DNA of 64,000 nt from Octopus sinensis (GCF_006345805.1 NC_043003.1:66340001-66404000), one strand, 5' to 3'; shown: positions 25,260-37,510, counted from the first letter of the stretch. Notes: generated by a model not told the origin, from the sequence alone. A program made the numbers and translations.

Positions 25260-26036
25260 TTATTCATTTGTCTTATTTGTAAGGAGTAGTTTTACTGCAC
25301 TTTTATGCACAGTTGCTCGGTTTCGGGTAACTGTCGTTATAATTTAGTTATGCATTTGCTAATGTATGAATAGGGCTGTATGCTCTGTCATGTATTGTTA
25401 TTTTCCTTTGTGTTGTGAACATTTATAGATCCTTAACGTTTTCAGTTATGTATGTGTCTGCATTTAAAAAAATTATTACTCAGGCACGTTTTAGCAGAGA
25501 TATTTTCTATCTCCAGAACTAACATAATAGTTATGTGAATCAGCATTCTTGGAAGGATGCACGTTTTTTCATTTTCTGATACATTTTCTGAGGAATTTTT
25601 TGTTATTAATTTCAACGTTAGAATTTCGAGTGACACTGTTTATGTTTGTGACGGTGCGAAATGTGTTTACCAGTGTAATTGGCTTTTCTTCCTTCGAAGT
25701 ACAAATATCTCTCATATTTTGTTTACAAGACTTTGTTTCCCTTTCTGGGACATACACCACCATCGCCACCATGAAACAAACAAACGTCTGTTGGCAGAAA
25801 AAAAGAAAAATCTTTGTTTTGAATTACTTTTTTTCTCTAATGAAAAAATACCAGTAATAAAACTATTTTATGAAAGTTTCACACAAAACATCCTTTAACA
25901 TGCAATCTGATTGTTATTTCAAAGCTTATTTTTATTTATCATTCTTTTATCGTGTTTCTAGCAGTCGCAGACAGAATTTCAGGGGGACGCACCAGAGCTA
26001 TCCTACTACTCTCAATTTTCCAAAATCGGGCGTTAC

Positions 26037-26150
26037 CTTCCGCTTGGCCTGCTTGTCATTCAGGCAGAAGTTAAACATAGTCTTATGAGACGCGACTCCT
26101 GCAAAAGAAAACTTCCTAAAGGTTACGTCATTGCTGTCGTTGATGTCCAT
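26037..26150 (-). CDS. Probable first coding exon of an unidentified host gene: MDINDSNDVTFRKFSFAGVASHKTMFNFCLNDKQAKRK (phase 0)
   Basis: CAACATGG initiation context, upstream in-frame TAA, exactly 38 codons, AAG|GTAACG donor, non-repetitive and relatively GC-rich; protein not recognised. Confidence 0.65.
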
Positions 26151-26455
26151 GTTGGGAGCCGTGTATTTATTTGTTTATTGTTCTACTGTTGTGACTTTGC
26201 TCTCCACTGTCTTAATTTTTGTTACTCGGATTGAGCCTGTTGTTGCTCGACAAAATATTGCTTCTGATGTTGAAACTACGGATGCAGCTACCTTAGATGC
26301 GGTTGTTGTTAGATTTTGCTGTAATTATTGCATTTGTCGTTACTGTTACTGCTAGTATTCTTCATCGCAACAGCATCGGACCCAAAATATAAAGACGGAT
26401 GAAATGGCGCAAAGCGATTTTCCAGTGCAGTAATGAATCTGCCACCGCTCCACCC

Positions 26456-26457
<2 letters not shown>

Positions 26458-26514
<57 letters not shown>

Positions 26515-26690
26515 GTGATAATAATAATAATAATAATGATGATAATGATAATGATAATAATAATAATGATAATAATAATAATAATGATAATAATAATGAT
26601 AATAATAATAATAATGATAATAGTTATAATAATAATAATAATAATGATAATAGTATAATAATAATAATAATAATGATAATAATAATAATG

Positions 26691-26722
<32 letters not shown>

Positions 26723-27012
26723 AATAATAATAATGATAATACTAATAATAATAATGATAATAATAATAATAATAATAGTTATAATAATAACAATAATAAT
26801 AATAATAATAGTTATAATAATAATAATAGTTATAATAATAATTATAATAATAATAATAATAGTTATAATAATAATAATAGTTATAATAATAATAGTTATC
26901 ATAATAATAATAGTTATAATATTAATAATAATTATAATAATAATAGTAATAATAATAGCAATAATAATAGTAATTATAATAGTAATAATAATAATAATGA
27001 TAATAATAATAA
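26458..27012. repeat. Long degenerate (AAT)n/(GAT) trinucleotide tract
   Basis: Direct reading; source of the poly-N and poly-I ORFs in the track. Confidence 0.95.
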
Positions 27013-27549
27013 TGGCAGAAGCTCTCGTGGCTTCTGATCTTAACTGATTGGAAGTGTTATCATGTACATTGTTTTGTCTTGGTATAAAAGATGGGCCACA
27101 GCAAATATTCTGCTCAATACCACAGATTTGCTTGTCAGTTATTTGACCTCAACAAGTTGAGCATGTCTCTTAGTGGCTGATGATATGTGCATCTCTGATC
27201 ACGAGCCGAATTAGTTGGGGAGCATCATAGCCATGTGTTGAGAGGCATTCTTTGGGGCTTGGATAATTCATCTCTAGAAATATGGGTGTTTCGTTCAATA
27301 TCCTTAAACAATCCTTATTCAGGGACCTTTTGAGCGGATGGGTTACTTGACCAGAAGAAAACTCTAACTGTGCCCCACCTGCAAGGTCATCTGCTGTTTA
27401 TCTTGATATGAGATCACCATGTCACGCACATATTGTTGTGATGCATGAGCCTGGTGTGCCCTTATCAGATGGGTAGTCATGATGGGTATACTGGGCTCCG
27501 TATATCTTACCCCAGTCTCACTTTTATGGCATGCACTGCTCTCACACTC

Positions 27550-27550
<1 letters not shown>
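27013..27550 (+). mobile_element. Unclassified ~540 bp interspersed repeat bounded by (AAT)n, probably non-LTR derived
   Basis: Complex-sequence block embedded between (AAT)n tracts and ending ...cacactcaataataat; no ORF. Confidence 0.45.
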
Positions 27551-27604
<54 letters not shown>

Positions 27605-27620
27605 TAATAATAATAATAAT

Positions 27621-28020
27621 CAAACGCCGTCGTCTGGATATTGTCATATTGAATAAGAGAGACAAATGTTGTCAGATCATTGATGTAGCAATACCAAATG
27701 ACATGAATGTTGTGAGTAAAGAGGTTGAAAAAATCCCCAAGTACTCCGAATTGAAAGTGGAAACGGCAAGACTGTATGGAATGCGAGTGGGTAATGTATG
27801 AGTGATACCAGTGGTGATCGGAGCGTTGGGCTCAATCCCATTGAAACTTCAAGATTTTTTAAGGCAACTGGAAATCCCATGCAAGATTGATGTCTTCCAA
27901 AAACAGCCTTATTGGGCACAGCGCACATCTTAAGGAACGTATTATCTGTATGAGGTCCTTGTGATATGACAGATGACTAAAGACTCCGATGCATTTTACC
28001 TACACTGCGTTATGAAGGAA
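27621..28020 (+). mobile_element. R4/Dong-type LINE 3' end (restriction-like endonuclease), copy 1
   Basis: KRRRLDIVILNKRDKCCQIIDVAIPNDMNV..KEVEKI.KY.EL...VIPVVIGALG...QKTALLGTAHILR: PD-(D/E)xK RLE motif; (AAT)n on both sides. Confidence 0.88.
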
Positions 28021-28060
28021 TAATAATGATAATAATAATAATAATAATAATGATAATATA

Positions 28061-28121
<61 letters not shown>

Positions 28122-28518
28122 CAAACGCCGTCGTCTGGATATTGTCATATTGAATAAGAGAGACAAATGTGTCAGATCATTGATGTAGCAATACCAAATG
28201 ACATGAATGTTGTGAGTAAAGAGGTTGAAAAAATCCCCAAGTACTCCGAATTGAAAGTGGAAACGGCAAGACTGTATGGAATGCGAGTGGGTAATGTATG
28301 AGTGATACCAGTGGTGATCGGAGCGTTGGGCTCAATCCCATTGAAACTTCAAGATTTTTTAAGGCAACTGGAATCCCATGCAAGATTGATGTCTTCCAAA
28401 AACAGCCTTATTGGCACAGCGCACATCTTAAGGAACGTATTATCTGTATGAGGTCCTTGTGATATGACAGATGACTAAAGACTCCGATGCATTTTACCTA
28501 CACTGCGTTATGAAGGAA
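28122..28518 (+). mobile_element. R4/Dong-type LINE 3' end, near-identical tandem copy 2
   Basis: Same 5' truncation point caaacgccgtcgtctgg; differs from copy 1 by single-base deletions. Confidence 0.88.
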
Positions 28519-28526
28519 TAATAATG

Positions 28527-28591
<65 letters not shown>

Positions 28592-29099
28592 TTATAAAAT
28601 TGACGTAATTCTTCACGATAGTAACTAAACAATAAGAAGAGCGACGTGTGATTTTTAATAGAGATTGTTTATTGAACATATTGAGCAATGTTTCAACACA
28701 ACTATCTGTCTACTTCAGAGTCAAAATGTTAGAAAATAAACCGCAGAAACACAGAAATTCAAAATTATGAAATGACATTAACAGTCTTCTCTTTTTCATA
28801 AATGCTAACACGGAGAAAGAGAAAAGAGAAAAATAAGACAAAAAATATTTAGTCAAAGTGTTTGTGTAAATGTGATAAAATACACCTGTCATTTTATTCA
28901 TTCCTCCGGGGCATTACTGGAGCAATTCATGAAAATATTGTTCCTCGTGCATTTTGAGAACTGAAAGTGTAGTAGAAACACCAGGCCCGAAAGTCTTCTC
29001 AAATAGAACAGCTTGTTCATCCTCGTCGACGCAAGTAGACTTTTATATGTCTCTACTCCCGACTAGCAGAGAGCAGTGGAGCACCTGACGACATTCCAG

Positions 29100-29187
29100 A
29101 TGTCAAGCGCCTACTTTTGGTATTTGCTAGACATGGGATTGCAGTTCCGTCTGAGAGACGCGCAGCGGAAAAGGGAATCTTTTCGAG
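29100..29187 (+). CDS. Candidate first coding exon: MSSAYFWYLLDMGLQFRLRDAQRKRESFR (phase 1)
   Basis: Upstream in-frame TAG, second ATG in GACATGG context, GAG|GTAATT donor, non-repetitive; no compatible downstream exon found. Confidence 0.35.
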
Positions 29188-29569
29188 GTAATTTCTAATT
29201 CTTGGTTTGTTATATTGTAACTGAAGCTTATATTTAGAATTATTTGAAAAACAAAAGAGATTGGAATGCCTTGTCTTCTGTTTTTTCTTTTCTGGAAACT
29301 TATTTATGGATAGTGGATAACTTTCCAGTTATATACTGGGATCAGTTCAGTAAATTATAATTTCCCAAGTAATAGAAAAGAGGCATCTTACTCTTTCTCA
29401 CTACAGCTTATTACATGCCATTAAAGGCATAAATTTACAGTAAAACGAGACAGAGATTACCAGTGGCAAATGAGGAGGAAAAATGTTAATTCAAAAGTTG
29501 TATGAAATTAGTTTCAAAATTCCCTAAATACTTCAAAATTATAGAGTTTAGTTAATCCAGTGCAATATG

Positions 29570-30360
29570 ATGCGCGTGCACACAGACACACACACACATG
29601 CATGCATACAGATATGCACACAAACACACACATGTTCACACTAAATATTACACACAGTAATTGCTGTGTATATATACAGCTGCCTGGCAAGCAATTCGAT
29701 TAGTATGTAGAAGCTAATCAGACGCACGCACATGCACAAACACAAATACGCACATATACATAAGCATACACACAAGCGCAAACACTCATGCGTATACACA
29801 GTCACACAAATAACACAAACACGCACACATACACACACAAACACGCAAAAACACGCACACACACACACGCAGACACAAACACACAGACGCACAAACATAC
29901 ACACACATGCACACACATACAAACACACACACGTATATACATATATACACACACAAACATACACATACAAAACACAAGTACACACACATGTACAAACATA
30001 CATATACAAACACACGTATACACACACATATATATACACACACATACACACACGCACACTCATACACGTACAAACACACAAACATACACATACAAACATA
30101 CACATACGCACACGCAAACACATACACATACGCACACGCAAACACATACACACACGCACGCACACATACACGCACACATATACGCACACACAAACCAACA
30201 CACACACATATATATATACACGCTCACACGCGCGCAAACTGAAAGAGAGGACAAAGTCTGTACGTATGTATATATAAAGATACACACACTCACGTACTCA
30301 GGGTGTGTATTACACACACACACACACACACACACATACACACACACTCACACTCACATA
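29570..30360. repeat. Long degenerate (CA)n-derived cryptic repeat
   Basis: Direct reading. Confidence 0.95.
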
Positions 30361-30639
30361 CAAATGAAAGCGAATCTGAGAAGAATAATAGAATTATAAA
30401 TTGCCTTAATTTCTGGCTCACCCTCGTATTTTTTATGTGTACATGCATCGACACATACGTATGCATCTATGTATATATGCATATAGGTACGAACGTACGC
30501 GCATGCGTGGGGGTCACTCATCATTACCAGCTCCCAGACACTGCATTTCACACATGCACTGATAACCATACCAGCATCCGACGCAGATTTCCGGATTCGT
30601 TCGCGTCTATTCGTTAACACGCACAGCCCTCTTCTCGCA

Positions 30640-31460
30640 CACATTGAAACTTCCCTTCTTATACCTGTCTGTCTGTCCGTCCCCCGCTCTCTCATCCTTA
30701 CACAGACTTTCTCTCTCTCAGCCATTCTTACTCTATCTCTCTCTCTCTCTCATTACTTCTCTCTCGGTCATACACAAACTTTATCTCTCTCTTTCTCAGC
30801 CATTCTTACTCACTCAGTCTCTCTCATTACATCTCTCTCACTTATCCTTACACAAACTTTTCTCTCTCTCTCTCTCTTTCTCTCTCAGCTATTCTTACTC
30901 TCCTTCTCTCTCTCTCTCTATCATTACCTTTCTCTCGATCATACTTACACAAACTTTCTCTCTCTCTCTCTCTCAACCATTCTTACATATTCTCTCTCTG
31001 TCTGTTTTTCTCTCTCTCTCTCATTAACTCTTAATCCGTCATACTTGCACAAACTTTTCTCTCTCCCACCCTCTCTCTCCGTCTCACTCTCAGCCATTCT
31101 TACTCACTCATGCTCTCTCTTTCTCTCTCTCTCTCTCTCATTACCTCTCACTCAGTCATTTTTATAAAAAAAATTCCTCTCTCAATCTCTCTCACTCTCA
31201 CATTACCTCTCCCTCGGTCATCCTTACACAAAATCTCTCTCTCTCTATCTATCTCAGCCATTCTCACTCACTCTCTCTCTCTCATTCTCTGACGCTCGTC
31301 CTTGCAAAATTTTTTCTCTCCCTCTCGCTCTCTCTTTCTCTTTCATTACTTCTCTCTCGGTCATCCTTACACAAACATTCTTTTGGCTCTCTCTTTTTCT
31401 CTTAGCCATTCTTACTCACTCTCTTGTCTTAGTAGCTCTCTCTTGGTTATCCTTACACAA

Positions 31461-31500
<40 letters not shown>

Positions 31501-31966
31501 CATTCTTACTCACTCTCTTGTCTTAGTAGCTCTCTCTTGGTTATCTTTACACAAACCTCTCTCTCTCTCTCTCTCTTAGCCATTCTTACTCACTCTCTTG
31601 TTTTAGTAGCTCTCTCTTGGTTATCCTTACACAAACCTCTCTCTCTCTCTCTCTCTCTCTCTCTTAGCCATCCTTACTCACTCTCTTTGTCTTAGTAGCT
31701 CTCTCTCGGTTATCCTTACACAAACCTCTCTCTCGCTCTCTCTCTCGCTCTCTCTCTCGCTCTCTCTCTCTCTTAGCCATTCTTACTCACTCTCTTTGTC
31801 TTAGTAGCTCTCTCTTGGTTATCCTTTCACAAACCTCTCTCTCTCTCTCTTACTCTTTTAGTCAGTTCTAATCATTCTTTGCTCTCTCTCTCTCTCTCTC
31901 TCATTACTTCTATCGGTTATCCTTACATGAACTTTCTCTCTGCCTCTCAGCCATTCTTACTCACTA

Positions 31967-31998
<32 letters not shown>

Positions 31999-32700
31999 AG
32001 CCAATCTTATTCTCTCTCTCTCTCCCTTATTACTTTTCTCTCGCACTACCCTACACTCAGTAATCCTTACTCACCCACTCTCTCTCTCTCTCTCATTACT
32101 TCTTTCTCGGCGATCCTTACAGAAACTTTTTCCGCCTCTCTCTCTCTATCTTTCTCTCATTACCTTTTTCTCGTCATCCTTACACAAACTTTCTCTCCCT
32201 CTCACTGTCCGTCAACCATTCCTACTCTCTCTCTTTCTCTCTCCCTGTCAGCCAATCTTACTCTCTCTCTCTCTCTATCTCTCCTTTTTCCTTAGCTCTC
32301 TCTCTCTCTCTCTCACCCTTACACAAACTTTTCTCTCTCAGTCTCTCAATAGTTCCTCTTTACCCACTCTCTCTCTTTCTCTCTGCCATCCTGCAATCCT
32401 CTTGCTCTCTATCTCTCTGCCACCCTGCTGCCCTCTCTCTCTCTTTCTTTGTCCCTTTGTCCCTATTTCTTTTTTCTCTCTTTGTCTCTCTCTCTCCCTC
32501 TCTTATATTCTCTCTCACTCATTCTTACACACACACACACACTTTCTCCCCCTCTCTCTCTCTTTCTCTGTCTCTATCTATCTCTCTCTTTCTCTACTAT
32601 CCTTACACAGAGTCTCGCTCTCACTCATTCTCATACACACACTCTCTCTCTCTCTCTTTCTGCCATTTTCTCTCTCCCTTTTTTTCTCTCCCCACACCCA
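30640..32700. repeat. (CT)-rich tract with a ~70-80 bp higher-order repeat
   Basis: Recurrent cttagccattcttactcactctc...ttagtagctctctcttggttatccttacacaaac units, homogeneous at ~31390-31850 and diverged outwards. Confidence 0.9.
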
Positions 32701-33189
32701 TTCACTCTATCTCACCGACGTACATACACTCTAAACGCTTTCAGCTCATCATAAATGTTATCTTTTTATGCTGCTCGACAGCTTTAACGTCCACACAACG
32801 GTCAGCAACGGAGTCACTGATAACGAAGTGATTCTATTGCAACCGACTTCGGGGACGGTTGTTCCATTATAAACAGAGACATTTTTCACAGGGGTTACAC
32901 ATATAAAAGACTAGCGAGAAGTATAGAGATAGCTTTATAATGTATATAATACTTCTTAATGTAATTCGTCAATGAGTGATAAACAAATTTGATGAATATA
33001 ATGAACTGCTAAGCGGTATGTTACTCTCGGACGAATTGTGAGTGTGGGAGGAATGGCGTCTGGAGGTCTTTGAGACGCTAAAGTATCGAATATTATTTAG
33101 GATAGCTCGAGCAGTATTTAGTTTAAATTCTACTGCGTATATTCAATTAGTTTCTTATAAGGATAATACATAGGAAAAAATGTAATAAA

Positions 33190-33430
33190 CTGGCTCTCAG
33201 TCTGTTACGACGAGGACCGTTCCAGTTGATCCGATCAATGGAATAGCCTGCTCGAGAAATTAACGTGCAAGTGGTTGAGCACTCCACAGACACGCGTACT
33301 CTTAATGTAGTAGTTAAGGAAATTCAGCCTGACACAGAATGTGACAAATTTGGCTCTTTGGAATACTGTACTATTTATTTTCATGCCAGGTGAGTGAACT
33401 GGTTCCACGTAAGAGCCTTACTCAAAGACA
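33190..33430 (-). mobile_element. SINE family D
   Basis: Reverse complement of the 23300-23465 body. Confidence 0.75.
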
Positions 33431-33464
33431 CAGCGCGTCGCCGGGTATCAAACTCATGACTCTT

Positions 33465-33685
33465 TACTCTCCTTTTACTCTTTTACTTGTTTCAGTCATT
33501 TTGACTGCGACCATGCTGGAGCATCGCCTTTAGTCGAGCAAATCAACCCCAGGACTTATTCTTTGTAAGCCTAGTACTTATTCTATCAGTTTCTTTTTCC
33601 GAACCGAACCGCTAAGTTGCGGGGACGTAAACACACCAGCATCGGTTGTCAAGCGAAGTTGGGGACAGACACAGACACACAAACA
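33465..33685 (-). mobile_element. SINE family A 3' half
   Basis: ctcttttacttgtttcagtcattttgactgcgaccatgctggagca...gaaccgctaagttgcgggacg. Confidence 0.88.
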
Positions 33686-33694
33686 TATATACAC

Positions 33695-33737
<43 letters not shown>

Positions 33738-34763
33738 AAATGAGTGTGAGAAATTAGATATTAATTTAATTATACACACACACACGCTTAAGGTGAACCG
33801 CTCTACGCGCGGGTGAGGGTATGGTTGTTACTTTCTGTTGCTTCCTTTCTGTTTCTTATCGCCACGTTCTCCCTCTTTGTTTCTCTCTCCTTTCTCTCTC
33901 ACTTTCCCACTCTCTTACTCTTCCTTTCTCTCGGACTCTCCCTCGCTTTCTCTTACTCTCTATCTTTCTCTATCTGTTTCTCTCCCATTTATAAAAAAAA
34001 GATCTTGAGTAAGTTGAGAAAGAAAATATTTTGAACGATCAATCATAAATATCAGGCAGTGACAACAGAAAGCACATATGCCTTTTGTACGTGCCACTAC
34101 TTGAGCGATTAAAAATAAGGAAAAAAGGATTTCTTTTTTAAAATTTAGTCCTTTTTGGGGGTATTTTTCGACGATTGACCATGCAAATGAAAGCTCTAAA
34201 AACGGGCTACATGCAGTTGTAAATTTCTTTCAGAAAAAAGGAAAACTGTAAACAATAAAAAAAAGGCAAAAATACGTGAAAACGAGAAATCTTTTCAACT
34301 TCAAAAATTTAGCCTTAATTTTCAAAATTTCGAACCCATTTTTGCGCTGAAACTACAAATCCGCTTCCACATTACCATGTGGAAAATTTGATTGAAATCG
34401 AGCAAAAGGCGTCCAATCTAGACACCCAAGAGTCCATAAAAATCAATAAAATCCCCGTTTTCACATCATTGTAGCGCCCCAAAATGTCTCCCAATCAATT
34501 TCTCACCTCAAGTTACCCCCTCCATTAAACTTTAATCCCCTTCCAGTCCCATTTAGACCCCTTTTTACATAAAAATCCAAATTGTATCAACGTTCGCCTT
34601 CTTCATTTTATAGATTAGATTATTTTACTTGCTTCAGTATTATAACCCAATTTCATTCGGGTCTAGACGGGCCACATTTTGAAAGATGAGGAATTTTACC
34701 CTAAAGGCCTTTCAATTAAGCAACCTCAAAGTTGCCATGCAAACTCGCAAGCACTTCTCACCA

Positions 34764-35200
34764 ATCGAGATCGATAAACTAACTTCGCGGTTCGCCAATC
34801 GAGATAGATAAAATAACTTACCGGTTCGCCAAAGGACTTCGATAAAATAACTTAGTGGCACGCCAAAGGGGACCGATAAATAACCTAGTGGATCGCCAAT
34901 CAATATCGATAAAATAACTTAGCGGTTCCCCAAAGGAGATCGATAAAATAACTTACCGGTTCGCCAATGGAAATCGATAAAATAAGTTAGCGGTTCACCA
35001 ATAGAGAGCGGTAGATAATTTAGCGGTTCACCAAATGAGATCGATAAAATAACTTAGCGGTCCATCAAAGTTGTTCGATAAATTAACTTAGCGGTTCGCC
35101 TAAGGAGTTCGTTAAAATTATCTAGTGGTTCGCCAAACGTGTTCGATAAAATAAACTAGCGCTTCGCCATAGGAGGTCGATAAAATAAATTAGCTGTTCT
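34764..35200 (+). repeat. ~34 bp minisatellite, 13 copies
   Basis: Unit consensus (7 variable nt)-tcgataaaataacttagcggttcgcca, counted by hand. Confidence 0.92.
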
Positions 35201-35217
35201 CTCGGACTCTCGGATGT

Positions 35218-35480
35218 CTTTTGTCTTTTACTTGTGTCAGTCATTTGTGTGCGATCATGCTGGAGCACTACTTTGAAGAGATTTTAATAGAACGAATCAA
35301 CCCCAGTACTCTTTAAAGTCTAGTATTTATTCCATTGATATCTTTTGACGAGCCGCTAAGTTACAGGGACTTAAACAAACCAACACCGGTTGTCAAGTGG
35401 TAGAGGGGCACAAGCAGAGACACAATGGTATATACATACACATGACTGGCTTTTTTCAGTTTCCAAGCACCAAATCCACG
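35218..35480 (-). mobile_element. SINE family A
   Basis: tttacttgtgtcagtcatt...gagccgctaagttacagggac...caacaccggttgtcaag. Confidence 0.8.
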
Positions 35481-35627
35481 GAAACTTAAAGAGGCAGCAC
35501 ATAAGCTAGGACACAATAACCTCCTAAACAGACCGAGTGCAGATCTGTGTACAATATAAGAACCGGTTTTAAGGAAGGATACAAAAATATCAGTTCATAA
35601 GCCCTAAGATTCACTCTATAATATAGA

Positions 35628-35785
35628 GAATATAGTGTAATGGTTAAGAGCACGGGCTACTAACCCCAAGATTCCGAGTTCAATTCTACCAGGATACTTG
35701 ATGAAGGCTGGAGAGTAAATCAGCCGAACCGTTCTCATCAACAAACAAGATGAGAACACAATAAATAATGTCAATAATGTGTAGT
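35628..35785 (+). mobile_element. tRNA-headed SINE with decayed HHR (HHR family 2), internally deleted
   Basis: tagtgtaatggttaagagcacgggctactaacc...gagttcaattc, then ttgatgaaggctg(gagagtaaat)cagccgaaccgtt and tail caaacaagatgag...aataatgt; homologous to 40345-40650. Confidence 0.8.
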
Positions 35786-35789
35786 ACAT

Positions 35790-36193
35790 TTCTGTCGACC
35801 AAATCCACTTCCAAGACTTTGGTCGGCCACTAGCAGAATCCGGAACCATGTGGGTGGGAAATAGGAACGTTCGAAGTACGGTAGCATCCTCTACTAGAAG
35901 ACTCATGCCCAAGATGCCTTGCAGTGGGTCTAAACCTGGAACCATGTAATTAGGAGGCAAACTTCTTGCCACACAGCCAAACCTGTAGAAACACTGAAGT
36001 AACGACATCTGGATTACACCGTTTGAAGGTAATGTAAGGAAGAGCATCAGACAATGTCTTCGTTCCGGTTTGGCCGTGCTGGAGCACCAATTTGAGTCTA
36101 TTTATCCTTTGTAAGCCTATTACTTATTCTATCGGTCACTTTTTGTAAGTAACGGAAATGTAAACACAGGACACACACAGACACAAACAACAA

Positions 36194-36242
<49 letters not shown>

Positions 36243-36271
36243 CACACATACATGCATACACACACACACAC

Positions 36272-36334
<63 letters not shown>

Positions 36335-36435
36335 ACGGGCTTCTTTCAGTTTCCGTTTACCAAATCCACTCACAAGGCTTTCGTCGGCCCGAGGCAATAG
36401 TAAAAGACACTTGCCCAGGGTGCCTCGCAGTGGCA
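35790..36435 (-). mobile_element. Cluster of SINE family A heads and one longer copy (36075-36435)
   Basis: Repeated ggaaccatgt(g/a) head fragments; ccaaatccactcacaaggctt...gacacttgcccagg. Confidence 0.75.
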
Positions 36436-36604
36436 TTAGTTATCCATTTGTTTTATTTGATCATGTATATCCAGAGCTACGGTATCCAGAGTTACAGTAT
36501 ACTTGCAGCGGTAGGTTACGATATAAAAATTGGTTGCTTTCTCTTGCAAGTTACACAACCAAGTCGTAGCTCCTTCTTTGATTCGTGAGTCGAAATGTTT
36601 GTAT

Positions 36605-36785
36605 ATGCGGCAAGAATATACACGTAGTAAGGAGCAGGGCCGGGTTAAGATTCATAGGGGACCGAAAAACAGTTAAGGCCCGCTTCGAAATGTTTTCACA
36701 TGCGGCTAGAATATACACGTTGTAGTGAGTAGCAAGGTCGGGTTAAAACTCACAGAGGCCCTAAAAACAGTTAAGGTTCACTTCG
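36605..36785. repeat. Diverged tandem duplication (~100 bp unit, 2 copies)
   Basis: atgcggc-agaatatacacgt...gggttaa...aaaaacagttaagg...cttcga occurs twice. Confidence 0.8.
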
Positions 36786-37110
36786 ATCATGAATGACCAT
36801 GGGATTGCACCTAGAATGTTCCCCTCCGAGGCACAAGTCCAGGCAAGGCTGTTTATGGAAGACCAACAGTCACCCATGCATACCAGCCTCCCTGCGCCAC
36901 ACCACTTATGTTATCCATGGGAAAGGCAAAGGGGTCGATACATCTTGACACCGTTGATTCTCGCCACTCATTTCTACAGCTGAGGGAATTGGAGCAACGT
37001 GTAATATACTGTCTTGCACTATAGAATACAACACAGATCGATCCAGGAATCGAACTCACTACCTCATGATTGTGTTCGCGATGCTATAACCACAGAGCCA
37101 CGCACCTCGC
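36785..37110 (-). mobile_element. tRNA-derived SINE family E
   Basis: tRNA-like head on the minus strand at ~37040-37110 (ccaggaatcgaactc...taaccacagagccac); body catttctacagctgag...ggagcaacgtg. Confidence 0.65.
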
Positions 37111-37225
37111 GAGGCACTAAGCACTTAAAAGTGTTTGGTACCCTCGTATACTATTCAAACTATAAACAATAATTAACCATAGAATAAAGTTTATTCTTTC
37201 CAAATGAAACAAAGCTAACAGTAAT

Positions 37226-37466
37226 ACTCTTTACTCTTTTACTTGTTTCAGTCATTTGACTGTGGTTATGCTGGAGCACCGCCTTTGGTCGAGCATATCG
37301 ACCCTAGGACTTATTCTTTGTAAGCCTAGTACTTATTCTATCGGTCTCTTTTGCCGAACCGCTAAGTTACACGCCAGAATCGGTTGTCAAACGATGTTGG
37401 GGAGACAAACACAGACACACAAACATATATACGCACACATACATTCATACATACATACACACATAC

Positions 37467-37510
<44 letters not shown>

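Noticed and set aside
29084-29110. CTGACGA followed by a hairpin (gacat/atgtc)
   Set aside because: No GAAA or helix III after the hairpin, so not a hammerhead.
34764-35200. CRISPR array
   Set aside because: Variable part is only ~7 nt, repeats are degenerate, the unit derives from a SINE core, the context is eukaryotic and there are no cas genes.
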